A stretch of DNA of 64,000 nt from Camelus ferus (lineage: Eukaryota): contig NC_045707.1 of the NCBI RefSeq assembly GCF_009834535.1, positions 47,742,001 to 47,806,000 on the forward strand. The letters run 5' to 3'. Shown piece after piece: positions 13,477 to 25,714 of the stretch (its first letter is position 1; every line of letters starts with the position of its first letter). The translations under genes and the position numbers were made by a program. The notes under the pieces are model-generated. The model searched no databases, was not told the origin of the DNA, and saw nothing but the letters and a program-made list of their open reading frames with translations.

Positions 13477-15309
13477 GTCAACATCAACACTCTAATTTTA
13501 CAGATGAGGAAACTGAGGTCCAACTGGTAATGTGATTTGACTCATATGTTATGACTAAAAAAGGTAAAAACAAGCCCCAAGTTCAGATATTTAGACTTAA
13601 AAAAAAAAAAACCCAAAAAACCCCAGAGATCCCCCCAATCAGTGGACAGTGTTCTAAAAAATTAAAGCATTGAAAAGAAGGTTTTCTCATCCTTGCCTTC
13701 TGTGTTTGCCCGGCATTACTGTGTGATGGTGGCCATGTACATGTTTATCACTCTACCCTGACTGCAAGCTCCTAGAGACTACAGCCTGAACTTGTTCAGT
13801 GTCATATTCCCAGGGGCCTGGGGCAAAGCAGTGCCCAGTACCTGTCAGTGAGTTGAATATATCAGAGCCCTGCATTTGGAGCTCAGTCTCTTGTGTTTGT
13901 TTCAGGACAACCTGATCCTGGTTGTCTCATTCACTTCCTTAATTAGTTTCTGTTAATATCTGGCTTACTAGGCTGTGCTTGTACTCTTTGTAACTTCAAA
14001 CAACATTTATAAAATGACCAAAAAAAAAAAGTTTTGGGGTTGTTGCAGAAGATAAAGCAAAGGTCAGAAGCCTGATTAATTTTAAAAATCCACCTTCATG
14101 TTTTGCCAAAAAACTGTATGAAATCAATATGAATACTGTTCTTCCTGATACTGTTTGCTCTTCACTTTTTCCCTCTTTCCAGGCATGCAGGACATTGTAT
14201 GTACAATACGTTTCTGTCATATATTACATCCAGAACCGCCCTTCCACTCCCACGGCCCCTTAACTGCTGTGCAGACTCTCCAGTTTGACCTTGGGAGGTA
14301 TTGTTTACAGTTGGGTGAACCTGGGACTCTCCCTTTTCTTGATTCAAACTCAGCAAATGGACAAGAAAAACCTGCAGAACCTGTTCAGCAATTTCAGACT
14401 ATAAACAAGTAATCCAGAGGGAATAGGGGTAGATATTACTTTATGACTGCAATTAACATCTTGTCTCCCAAGGTTGTCAACACACCAGGTTGAGCAACAG
14501 CCTGAGAAAGTTACTCACTTCCCAGGGCAAGTTTGCTGATTGACATGCAAGTAACGCCATCCTGGGTGTTTGCTTAATGCAGGTGCAGTGGGCTATTATG
14601 CTGTGTCCTTTGCTTTAATCAAAACATGTTTTTCACACACATACTCACACTTTCACACACACACAAAGTTGCTAATGTCTCTGTGTAGAAAAAGAGCAAG
14701 ACAAAATGCTAGGGTCTGACAAGGACAGAAAACTTTTAAAAGATAATTCATTCTGGGGAAGAGTGGGCCAAATGCTTGGGAAATAAGTGAGGAGGGCAAT
14801 TTAGCCATCAAATATAAGCTGTGGCTCTAATGTCATGTAATTTGCATAGCCACTGTACAGAACCGTATTATTTGACTTATAAATTTTGTACCATGATTTG
14901 AGAGTTACCAAAAAAAAAAAATACACAACGTGGTTCCTGCCATCTATTAGTTGACAATCATTTGAGGAGAAGAGACAATGAATGTATGTTATTGAATGAA
15001 TGATGTACACATTTAGAAAAATGGTGAAGGCTCCAGATGAATGGGATAGATGACACCTTTTACATGAATTCAGAGGAGAGGATTGTGTGTGGAACGGAAT
15101 GGCTAGGAAGGTGGTATTTGAATTAGGTTTTAAAGGATGGATTTGGATAGTAGAGGGGAAGGTGAAGCCATGCCAAGCTGGAGGCTAAATCAACAGAGGC
15201 ATAAGTGAAGTTTGCCATCCAGCTGGGGTAGTGCATTTTCCCGAGACAGGGCAGTGCCTCTGCCTAGCAGAGTAAAGTGGAAGTGGCTGTGGGAAACTGA
15301 GTGATGTCG

Positions 15310-15535
15310 TGGTAAAGTCTGTGGGCTTGGGTTCAAATCCAAACTCTGCCACTCTCCATTTATAACTTAGCAAAAGTAGCTTAATCTCCCCGAACCTCAG
15401 GCTCCTCTTCTGTAAAACTGGCTAATAGAAGTGTCTATCTCATTGGTTATTTTGAGGATTAAATGAGACAATCCATATTGAACTTTCCATGTAATGGTTG
15501 GCACACAGTAAGCACCCAGTCAATAATAGCTATTA
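15310..15535 (+). mobile_element. MIR SINE
   Basis: gggttcaaatccaaactctgccact...cctcaggctcctcttctgtaaaa...tgaggattaaatgaga...tggcacacagtaagcac. Confidence 0.8.
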
Positions 15536-17319
15536 AATTATGGCAGTTCCTGAAGGTCAAAGGGAATTCTAGTTTTCCAGGCAAGTTAGTATTCATCTTT
15601 TTTAGGCATCTGCTTGTGACCTAAAAATGTCTTCTCAGACTGTTGCTTCTTTCCACCCTTGTCTGTGATTCAAGCAAGGCTGTCCCCATCATGGAGAGCT
15701 GCTCCATGAACTCATGGTAGGACGCTATGAGACTAAACGTTAGACTAAACATCATGAGTCAGGACTTAGGAACTCTAAACTGAGTGCTACGACTGCCACA
15801 TTCTCTGCACCTTTGATTATATAGGTTTTACATCTATAAAATGGCCTTTGATGTTGATACAGGGAGTGAATCAACATCACCCCATTGCCATCTTCCACTC
15901 TCCGAAAGGTATAAAAGTCTATGTAAGAATAATATATCTCTTTGTGCACTTTATTGCATGTGTGCTAAGCCTCAACTAAGAATTATAAAAGAAAAAAATA
16001 ATAAATTAAGATGGGAGTATTCAGAAGAACCCACAAGATATCCCCTTAAGGAAAAAGATTATGGATGAGGAAACTGAAGCCCAGATGGTGGATATAACAA
16101 GCTCAAGGTCGCACAGAGCAGGAGATTTCCTGATGCAAATTGGAGGGTTCCTTGTGCATCGTACTAATCCTACTTGCTGATTTATAGACACATTGGCTGC
16201 TTTATGTTTCCAATAATTAGGACCTTCAGTTAGGGCTGAGAGTAACTCTCATTATTGGGTCTAGAAAGAATTGTGCCATGTAAAGATAACGCATGGAATA
16301 TTTGTTATACAAAGTGCTGCCTTCATAAATAGACCCCACGGACAGTGTTCCCCTCCCCAGGACTGCCAATGTGCTTGAATTGCCAGAGCATCTCTCACCA
16401 GCCTACAGATACGAGCTGCTTCTTTGATGGCCATGAAATACCATTTAGGAGAGGGGTTGCTGTCTTTTTGTTGTTGATCCTTAACCTTCATGGAGCCTGA
16501 GCCTCTGAGGAGTTTGCTTTCATGCCATTTGCCCAGAAAAGTTTTCTCAGCCTGAGTCAGCCCATTGCTGGTTGCCAGGGCCATGGGTGTGCTGACAGCT
16601 GCTGTGTTTCCCAGCAGTGCCAGTGGGATCTTTTTCTTCATCTCTGTGCCCCCAAAGCAATTGTTCCAGAGTAGCTTTGTGTGTGCTCCTCTGCAGGGCT
16701 GAGCGGTTGGTGGCTTGGAAATACATGTATTCCACCCTCCCCCCTTGTGGCTGAACCATTGGGATCTAACTTCCAGGGCAATTGCAGTTTGGCTGCACCC
16801 CAGGACATCCTCTTGAGAGTTGGCTAGTCTGTCCTGTGCTGTTTGGAGAGCCTAGGAAGGTCCCTTGGGAAGCTTATCAGATGGTCTAATGAGAATAGCA
16901 GGAGCCTGTTTCCCAGAGTCAAATTGCCATTTTCAGCATCATTTTTTGTCCATCCAATGTGGACTTTGGTCATGATGGTTCCAAAGAGCCTCACTGTATA
17001 AATACCTCTCCTCCCACTCTCATGTGGCAGCTTCTCTGTTTGCTTTGAACCTGGTTGAGACCAGGTGGTTTTATAACCTCCCTCTATTCCCAGCTGTCTT
17101 TATCTTCTCATCCTCTGCTCTCCCTGGATATTTCTGATTCTCAGAGGGTGGCCAGGCAGTGCTCCCCAGAATGGGTTGGGCCAGGTAAGCTTCTGAAGTT
17201 ATCTGGACAGCTAAAGACTCCCAGCAGTCACAGTGACCTCATTGTGGTAAACAATGTCCAAGAGAGACTGACCAGGTCTGAGATGCAGTAAAACTTGACA
17301 CATAATAACCATTAGCAAG

Positions 17320-17540
17320 TATTGAGCATTTACTGTTTATCAGGCCAGAGTTAGCAGTTTACAGGAATTGTAATATTTGATGTTCACAAGATTCCAAAAA
17401 GTTGTTTCTTTTATTATTCTCATTTTACAGATGAGAATATTGATTCTCTGAAAGGCTGAGTTGCATGAAACCACATATTTAGCTGCAGAGTCAAAATTCA
17501 GTCTCCAGGACTGTTGGACCCTGGAGGTCATAACCTAAAC
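17320..17540 (-). mobile_element. MIR SINE
   Basis: tattgagcatttact...tattattctcattttacagatgagaa. Confidence 0.7.
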
Positions 17541-17603
17541 TATAGTTATACTGATTTAGTCCTGGTGTGTGAAGACTATTACCAGTTTTAAGAATAAACT
17601 GTG

Positions 17604-17640
17604 GTAAATCAACTATATTTATATTAAAAAATTTTTTTTA
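17604..17640 (+). mobile_element. Ultra-short (37 bp) L1 3'-end insertion with 14-bp TSD
   Basis: gtaaatcaactatattt...taaaaaa resembles the L1 tail (ttgtaaatcaactatacttcaataaa) and lies between perfect copies of aagaataaactgtg (17590-17603, 17641-17654). Confidence 0.8.
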
Positions 17641-18544
17641 AAGAATAAACTGTGTCTCAGGATAAATAAAGCACAAATATTCCTTTCAAACTCCAAAGGA
17701 CAAGAGGTTATCCTTGTGACTTTGATAGGAAACATAAGACAGGTTGTGGAGTGTTTTGGGTAATACTAGGTATTTGAACACCTGTTCAGCTATTCTGGGA
17801 TTCAGTGGTGTGGGTGAGGGGAACATGGGGAGGGTGAGGTCATTATTGCAAAAAACCATTTCCTGAGAACGGGACTTCAGGAAATGCTGGAGCATTAAAA
17901 ATACCACTTGTGTGGGAGCAGTGGTAGAAGCGTGACTCATATTCGGCAATTGTGTCCATAGGTCACAAAGGATTTGGGGAACACAGGGGATATTCATACA
18001 AGATTGTGTTGGTGGGCGGTTCATTATGAAATTTTTAGTAGGTTGAGCAGCATGGTCAAATTTCAAGAAGAGTGACATTTAAGATTCTCCATGAAAATGG
18101 TGCGACTTGACTCATCCATTTATACATTGATTCACGAACATCAGCTGCCCACCTACTCCTTGCAAGGCCTTGTGCTGGGTGCTTTGGGGGTAATGCAAGA
18201 GGAATCAGTGTGGTCCTTGCTCTTGAGCACAGTGTTTCAGAATTGGTAGCAGTGAAACAAGCTGCTTTCTTAATTCTTTCTTCCTTTGCCCCTTGAAGCT
18301 TTGATGAAAAGACTGGTCCTTAAAGGAGAACATTTGGTATATAATTTCCAAAATCCTGGTCTGGTAACTCCTGGGCCTTCCCATCAGGATGCTGTGATTA
18401 CCAGGAGGAAAGAATCAGGAGCTTGGCATGGTTTACATACCTTGTGTCACTATAGAATGAGGCAGGGTAGAGAGAAAAGGAATTGTTTTTTTGACTGCTC
18501 ATGTCCTGTGCCTCTGAAGTGTGCCCAGAGGATTTTTTGGCTTT

Positions 18545-18790
18545 AATAGTTTAAAATTATGTTTTATATAAAAGTTGAGACATACTGGAGTACAGTAATA
18601 TAGTGATGACCCAAGAAATTACCTCCCAACCTAAGTATCAGAATAGTATCAATAACTTGCCTCTCCCTGTGTGTTCCTCTTCCAGCCTAATGCCCTCCCC
18701 CTCTTCTCCTCATCCAGAGATAACCACTACCTTGAATATGCGTTTACCTGACACTTCACATTTGTCAATCTGTATGTGATGCTGTGTCTG
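18545..18790 (-). mobile_element. L1ME 3' fragment
   Basis: ccagagataaccactaccttgaat motif and preceding sequence typical of L1ME 3' ends. Confidence 0.6.
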
Positions 18791-19157
18791 AGGGAACATT
18801 GGCGATTTCACAGATAAATCGCTTAGTGGCCAGGGCTTATTTTGCCACTGCTGATAGATTTTTTTTTTGTGGCTCCCACAAAACCAGTTACCCACCCATG
18901 AATCTTGACTTAGGAATGCACATCCTGTTTCCAAGCACCAACCCCCGGTCCACCCCCAGGTTAACTATAAATTGTCCTGATGGCCCCTTGGCAATATGTA
19001 GCACAGCTGCAAATGCTTCCAGTTGTTGTCCCTGGATCCCAATCCCACACTGTAAATTACCCGATAATAAACTGCCTGCCTCATTTTTCCTTCTCAAGAT
19101 GCCTTCTCAGTTTTGTGGGCACTTCTCATTTCCTCCATCCTCCAACACCTCACCAAC

Positions 19158-19330
19158 TGCCATGGGTTCAATAGTGACCGCCCTCAAATTTATGTCCGTT
19201 CTGACTCCAGAAGGAGGACTTATTTTGGAAATAGGGTTTGCAGATGTAGTTACTATGAAGTCATACTGGATTAGGGAGAGCTCTAAATCCACAACACCCG
19301 GTATCCTTAGAAAGAGGGAAATCTGGACAC
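19158..19330 (+). mobile_element. MLT1B/C-like LTR, 5' fragment
   Basis: tgccatgggttcaatagtg...cttattttggaaatagggtttgcagatgtag...tcatactggattaggg. Confidence 0.75.
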
Positions 19331-19399
19331 TGTGTTTGCTTCCATAAGGGGCTCAACCTGCACACAGATGCAGTTCCTCCTGAAGGGGCTGCAGAACAC

Positions 19400-19620
19400 A
19401 GGACTATGAGTATGGGCTGAAAGTCTAGTAGATTTGTCTTCACCTCTCACCTCCATTCACATGACCTCAGCCTGCTAACATAACCTCTTTGAGCCTCAGT
19501 TTCCTCATCTTAAAAATGGAGATGAAGTGAGAAGTACCTGCATTTCAGTGTGGTGGTAAGAGTTAAAGGCATAAATGCACAGAAACTGGTCGGCACATGG
19601 TTAGTACTCAATTAAAGGTA
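19400..19620 (+). mobile_element. MIR SINE
   Basis: MIR core taacctctttgagcctcagtttcctcatcttaaaaatgg. Confidence 0.75.
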
Positions 19621-20159
19621 GTCAGAGTTGCAGTTCAGCTCAAAGGAAGAGCTAAATGACTCTTTGAAATACAGTGGAGTGTCCTAGTTATCATTAAGGA
19701 AATATACAGAATCTAAATTTGGTAATCTGTAATATTTCTCCTTTTGCTTTTTAATTTTTCCCTTTCTGTGGTGTTTCTCTCACTGTTTACCATGGGATCT
19801 TAACATGTTTGCCAATGTTTTACATAGGTCATCAAGAGAAAACTACCTCAAACAGTGTTTTAGTCGAGATATGATATGATGAAATTCTAGGTTTAAAGTG
19901 TGCTGCTTACAGTGAGCAAAACTAATGCAAATTAAATGTAATGGTAAGAACTTATTTAATCATTTCTCTGTGTTGCTGGTACCTGATTAGCAAAATTTTG
20001 GTGGTATAATGGATTCAATTAATTTTTTCAATTATGTTAATCTTTACAATTTACAGATACCAGTACATGAAAGTAAAACAATTTTTTTTGAAGTCTTATT
20101 TTTTTCACTAGTAAGCAAAGCTTTTCTTACTCTTAGAAAAATTTTGGCTTTGGATAACA

Positions 20160-20237
20160 TATGTAAATTATATAAATATATATGTATGTACATATATACA
20201 TATACATATATATGTGTGTGTCTATGTGTATGTATAT
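20160..20237. repeat. Compound (TA)/(CA)/(TG) low-complexity repeat
   Basis: atatatgtatgtacatatatacatatacatatatatgtgtgtg. Confidence 0.8.
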
Positions 20238-20929
20238 TTACTAAGTTTTCAAGTTCTTTTTGCTGGATTTGACAAAGAAAGTGGTATTCAATTGTGAGTT
20301 TTTACTTGTGAATTACCTGGAAAACAAATCTTAGGGATTTTTCAGAATTAACTGAGTTCATTCATTCAGTAAAATACTCATCAAGCATTTATTGCAGGCA
20401 TAATTATATGCAAATATCACTGCGTTATGAAACAAGTGTATTTTTAGGGGCTAGAGATAAGTCATAAATGCCAGGTGACGTGAAACTGAAGATGCCTTAT
20501 TTGTTCCTGTGAGATAGTTTACAAATTGTATTTTAATCACAAAGTCAGTGCATTTAAGAACTATCTATATGAATACCCATTTATAACAGAAACATTAGAA
20601 ATTTGGGAACAGAATGAAAGATCCTTAATATATAAATATATGGAATATAAAGAATAGATGGGGCTAAAATGTATTGTGTCTACATTAAGTGCCAGTTCAC
20701 TTTGCATATGATTTCTCAGTATTCCTATGAATATGAGAGGTACGTGTTCATATCTTCATCTTATTGATAAGGAAACTATGGTTCGGAGAGACTGCAGGAT
20801 TTGTTCTGGATTCCAAGCTAGGAAGAAACGTCATCGGTATAAAGCAACCTTCAAGTCTTATTCCAAAGTCTCCTTTTTCCTATTAGAAACTTGCCCTTTC
20901 AAATCTGTAAGGAAACAAAGATGACCATT

Positions 20930-23410
20930 CTCATATGTGTTAAATATTGTTTTGAAAGTTCTAGCCAATGCAAGAAGATATTAAAAAAATCAAAAGAATT
21001 ACTACTTGAAAACAAAATAAAAATGTCATTTTTGGATATTATGATTGTGTACTTTTAAAAGCTAAAAGGAATGTAGGCATCAATAAAGCAGAAAGATGAA
21101 TGCAAAATAAATATATACAAACCACTAGGAGCCCTTTATCTCAGGTCAGAATAATGACATAACATCTAAATTATTGAAGAATAAGTACCCTTATAGAAGG
21201 CTTGAATATCTTATTTAATATAGACAGAAGTGAAAAGCTTTACAGAATAATATTAGAGAAGACCAGTGGAGAGGTGTACTATATAGTCCTTGAAGGTAAT
21301 GATAAATCAGAAAGACTTCTGTTTCACTCAGTCAATTTATAGGTTGGACATAATCCAACTCAGAAATCCTGTTAAGATTTTTGAGTTTAACAATGATTAT
21401 AATTTGTATCTGTAAAAATAGATATCACTTTTGAGGACTTCCTATGTGATAGACATTATTTTGAATGGTTTACATAGAATAAATACCTCACTTCACACGA
21501 AACAAACAGAGTCTTTATTATCCTCATTTTACAAATAAGGAAACTGAGCCAAAGGAAGTCAAGTAACTTGCCCGGGTCCACACAATGACTAGTGAGTTGC
21601 TGAGCCGGGTTTCTAAAGGTCGAGGGCTCACGCTCTTAACACCACCATGCTCAGCTAAGAACGTTAACTAGCACTTTGGAAAGTGGAACGTTTAAGTGGA
21701 GCTAGATCTTCCCCAAATAAGCATGTAGATAAATGGAATAATATAGTCCAGAAATAAGCATACTGTATAGAAGCATATAATAAATAACAGAAGACATCTG
21801 AAAAGAACAGCAAGAGAATTATTTAATACATATAATTTAGAATTTTTTTTTTAAATCAACTTAATACCCGAATTTCATACCTCATGATCTAAATAAATTT
21901 TGAATGGCCAGTGTGATAGGTAACAGAAAACAGCGAGAAATACAAGTTATTACCTATCAAATGTCTGTAGAAACCATTATTATTATTATTTTACTATGAA
22001 GTGACAAGAAATCACAAAGGGAAAGGCTGACAGATTTGGCTACATAAAGACATGTAAACACATGTACAACAACAAGAACAAAACTTAGGTCACCAGATGG
22101 GAAAGGATCACATCAGACATGACAAACAGAAGCCACCATCTGTGGTGAAAACCCTCCAAGGAGAAGTGAAAGCAGTAGACCAGTTCTTCTCCACGTGCTG
22201 GGCTGTAGGAGCAGAAGAGACCCGTTTCCAGGTGAGAGAAGGGCTGGTGTCGTGGGCATGCACCTGGGGTGTCCCCCGTGCACATGCCTGTGCACAGGGA
22301 GAAGGGGCCTGGCCTGATGCCTGCTGAGGTCTGGTGAGGCTCTGGGGACCGGAGAGCTGTAGTGGTCCTAGGGTAGGGCAGAATGTGGTTACACGGGAAT
22401 TTTGTCTCTAGGAGGGCCCTTTACTCCAGAGGGAGAAAGGAAGGAAACTGAGTGCATACAGCCTGGATGTGGAATGAGTTGGAAGAGCTGTCCTAGAAAA
22501 TCCACCTGAGTGACAAGGAGAGAAATAACTTCCGCGGGCAAAGGAGATGGTGGAATAATGTTTCCCAAAGATCCACTGGAAAATGGAAGGTCTGCAAGCA
22601 GGAGAAACAGGTCCTTGTGGCAGGTGGATTTTTTCTTAGCTGTGAGTATATTCTTTACGTGGTGATGAGAGGGCAGTGATTTCTAAGGACAATCCAGGAG
22701 GCCACGTGGGAACTTGGAAGAAAATAGAAGCCTTGAGATATCTCATGAGTTTTCCACCTTAAGAACTCATGTAATACATGGGAAAAAAAGACATGGACAA
22801 GCAATTCAATAGCTGCAGTGACAATCAGCAAAGAAACAGAAGGGTGATAACCTTCACGAGTAAGCAAACACATGAAGCTGAAACAACACTTCAAGAAAAT
22901 GACTTTACGTCTAATAAACCAGCCGCCTTCCGCTAAATCTAAGCTCGATGCTGGCAGGGAATTTTGGGTTTTGTTCTTTGCTCTCCTGTACCCAGAAGAG
23001 GGATTGGCAGTAGTAGACACTCAATAATTATTTGTTAAATGTAAAAGACAACACTTAGCCGTCCCATTTGTGACAACAGCTTGATGACTCAGACATTGCC
23101 GATGGCTTGCTAAATTGGTTCAGCATTTTGCGAAAATAAGAAGGTGGTGTATCCCTACACATATGCAAATGCTCAAATCTTTTTAATCCACCAACGTACC
23201 CTTGGGAATTTATTTTAAGAAAATAATTGAACATCAAAACAAAGCTATACGTGTGAACTTCTGTAATACTAGAAAAAAGTCAAAAGACAGAAAAAGAGGT
23301 TAATAAACTGCATATGTCAATAAAATAGTATTTATCCATTTAAAATGATAATTAAGAAGACCGCAGAGATGTGGAAAAGGATTCCATAATGTTAAGTGAA
23401 TAAAACAGAA
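20930..23410 (+). mobile_element. Highly degraded L1ME fragments interleaved with MIR and unique sequence
   Basis: gaaagttctagccaatgcaaga, atgattgtgtac, aatatagtccagaaata, gacagatttggctacataaa and ataatgttaagtgaataaaacaga are L1-like motifs. Confidence 0.6.
21430..21650 (-). mobile_element. MIR SINE
   Basis: attatcctcattttacaaataaggaaactgag...aagtaacttgcccgggtccaca...gctcttaacac. Confidence 0.8.
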
Positions 23411-24462
23411 TATAGAGGGGTCTTCTTGCCTCCAGTGCCCTTTATTGAAGCATATCTGCCTGCTGCTCTGAATCTTGCTGCTCTAGGTGCAGATCCCTGA
23501 CACCCAATAAAGCTTCCAGTGTCACCACTGCTGCTGTGCCCAACAAGTGTGACTGCTGCTGTTGCTGACGCTAGGTGTGCATCCACCTTAGTGTCACATC
23601 TACAGTCGTCCCCAAATTGTACAACTTTGCCTGAGTTGGAAAATATTAAATAGTAAGGATGTTATGACCTTTTGTCTTTGTGCAGTGTTCCAAATCATTG
23701 CACTCCTCCCAACGCAGTTTAACCAAAAGTATCCAAGAGTATTGAATTCTAGCTTGTTTAGGTTAGGTTTTGTTAGAAGGCATTGCAGTTCCTCATGCAA
23801 ATCAACCTCCAGCGGTTCTGACTCCATGCATGCCCATGCATGCCTGAATCCTGTGATAACAAGAACTACTTAGGTGCAAATTAGGACCACTGATGTGAAT
23901 GTAATTTTTTTTGTTAAGTGGTAAGATGTGATATGTGCTTTTATTTGAACAACTTTTTTATTTTTTATACTTATATTTTAATGTAAAATATAATGTAATA
24001 TATAAAATATAATGTAAAATATGGAAAAATGAAAACTCAATCACTGATATCTGTTAATTTCCTGACAGTTCTCGAGTTACCATTTTGTGCTTTATTTTTG
24101 TATTTTTTTAATTTAATTACTAATTAGTAATTAAAATTACTAATTTAAAAATTACTAATATAAGGCATGCTTGAAACCACTGAAAGATTTATAAAGAAAA
24201 AGTTGATACTCTTCCTTTATTCTGTCCAACCCATATTTCTCCTATGAATAACAAATGTTAGTAGTTTGATGTGTGGGCCTTGTCACATTTCTCCTTTTCT
24301 TTATGTTTATGCAAATAAACCCAAATTCATGTCCTCAGACATGGAGAGGTTGTGTGTGTGTGTTGATGGAATCACCCCACATACACACAGGTTGGAAACT
24401 TGCTTTTTTTCACTTATGAACTCATCTGAACATCTCTTCTGGTCAACTTAATATATAGATCC

Positions 24463-24519
24463 CTTGACACAACATTGTAAAATGATTATAAATCAATAAA
24501 AAATGTTAAAAATATATAT
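24463..24519 (+). mobile_element. Ultra-short L1 3'-end insertion with 12-bp TSD
   Basis: ttgacacaacattgtaaaatgattataaatcaataaaaaatgttaaaaa lies between two copies of atatatagatcc (24451-24462, 24520-24531). Confidence 0.8.
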
Positions 24520-25142
24520 ATATATAGATCCTACCAATTATATTTATAGCAGCACAATATTCTGTAGTATAAATGACTCAGTTAGCTCAATTATTTCCCT
24601 GTTTTTGGACAATCTATTTTTGTGATTACCGTATTTAAAAAATGTTGCAGTAAATATACTTAGCATATACACATAAATATATGATTACAAGTACATATGT
24701 ATTTACATACACAAACATAAAATTTTGGTGCTTTTGTTTCTCTCAGATGTGATACTGACATTGCTTCATCATATGTTTTACATTTTAATATATGTTGCTG
24801 TGTTTCCCAAAATGAGATGGCAACTTACAACCCCATCAGCCACATTGATGAGGCACATCGATTTGCCCATGAATGCCCATAAAGAAGCACATTTATTTCC
24901 TTACCTCTTCACTGAAATTGAATGTATCTTAATTTTTGCCAGCTTGATGGGTGAGAAATGGAATCTTATCGTTTTTTTAATTAGCATTTCCCCAGTAATT
25001 TGTTAGGTTGTGTTTATTGTCCTTTGAATTTCCCTTTTTGGTAACACTGTTTATATATTTGCTCATTTTTTCCATTGGGAAGTTAAGCACTTTTGCTTAT
25101 CAATCTTTGGGAGCTTTTATCATATACATTACAGTCTGTGAT

Positions 25143-25714
25143 ATAGGAAAGGAAAATTTTTCTCTCCACCCATCATTGGCTGAGGCTCTGTAAAATAAAC
25201 TGATGAAAAACAGAGGTTAATAAGAGAAAAACAAATAGATGCTTATTAACATGAGCATTGTGCATACACATGGGAGTACCCAGTGAGAAGTAACCCACAG
25301 GGGTGGTAAGAACTTGGCCTTATATAGCATCTTAACAAAAGAACAATAAATTTTTACAGGAGTGACAAGACAAAGGAGAAGGTCTTTGAGTTTATAAGTT
25401 GGCAAATTGTGGGAAGGTAAATATATGGGGGAACTAATGGGAGATAAGGGCTAGTTAGTAAAGTTTGTTATATAAATTTCTCTGGTGCTACCTCTGGGCT
25501 GGTAAGATTCAAGGGTGTCTCCAGCAATTAACTTCTGTCCTTCTGGTACGGAGAAGAGATGGGGATACCTTCACAAATGCATGTCCTGCTTTGACACAAA
25601 GACAGGGAGGACAGAGAGCTTTTCTTATATCTGCTTCTTTTCAGTGTCTTTAGCTTCAAATAATCCTTTTGCCAAAGTGGCATATTTGGGGGTAGCATAT
25701 TCTGCTACCCTTCA
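25143..25714 (-). mobile_element. ERV1 solo LTR, MER34-like
   Basis: Minus strand begins TGAAGGGTAGCAGAATATGCTACCCCCAAATATGCCACTTTGGCA...ATTATTTGAAGCTAAAG, as in MER34-family LTRs. About 570 bp, inserted in an old L1. Confidence 0.8.

Noticed and set aside
14525..14631. p53-like half sites GGGCAAGTTT and AAACATGTTT
   Set aside because: These are isolated half sites about 90 bp apart, with no properly paired full element.
18784..19347. Longest ORF (187 aa)
   Set aside because: Non-ATG start, no recognisable domain, and its 3' third lies in an MLT1 LTR fragment.
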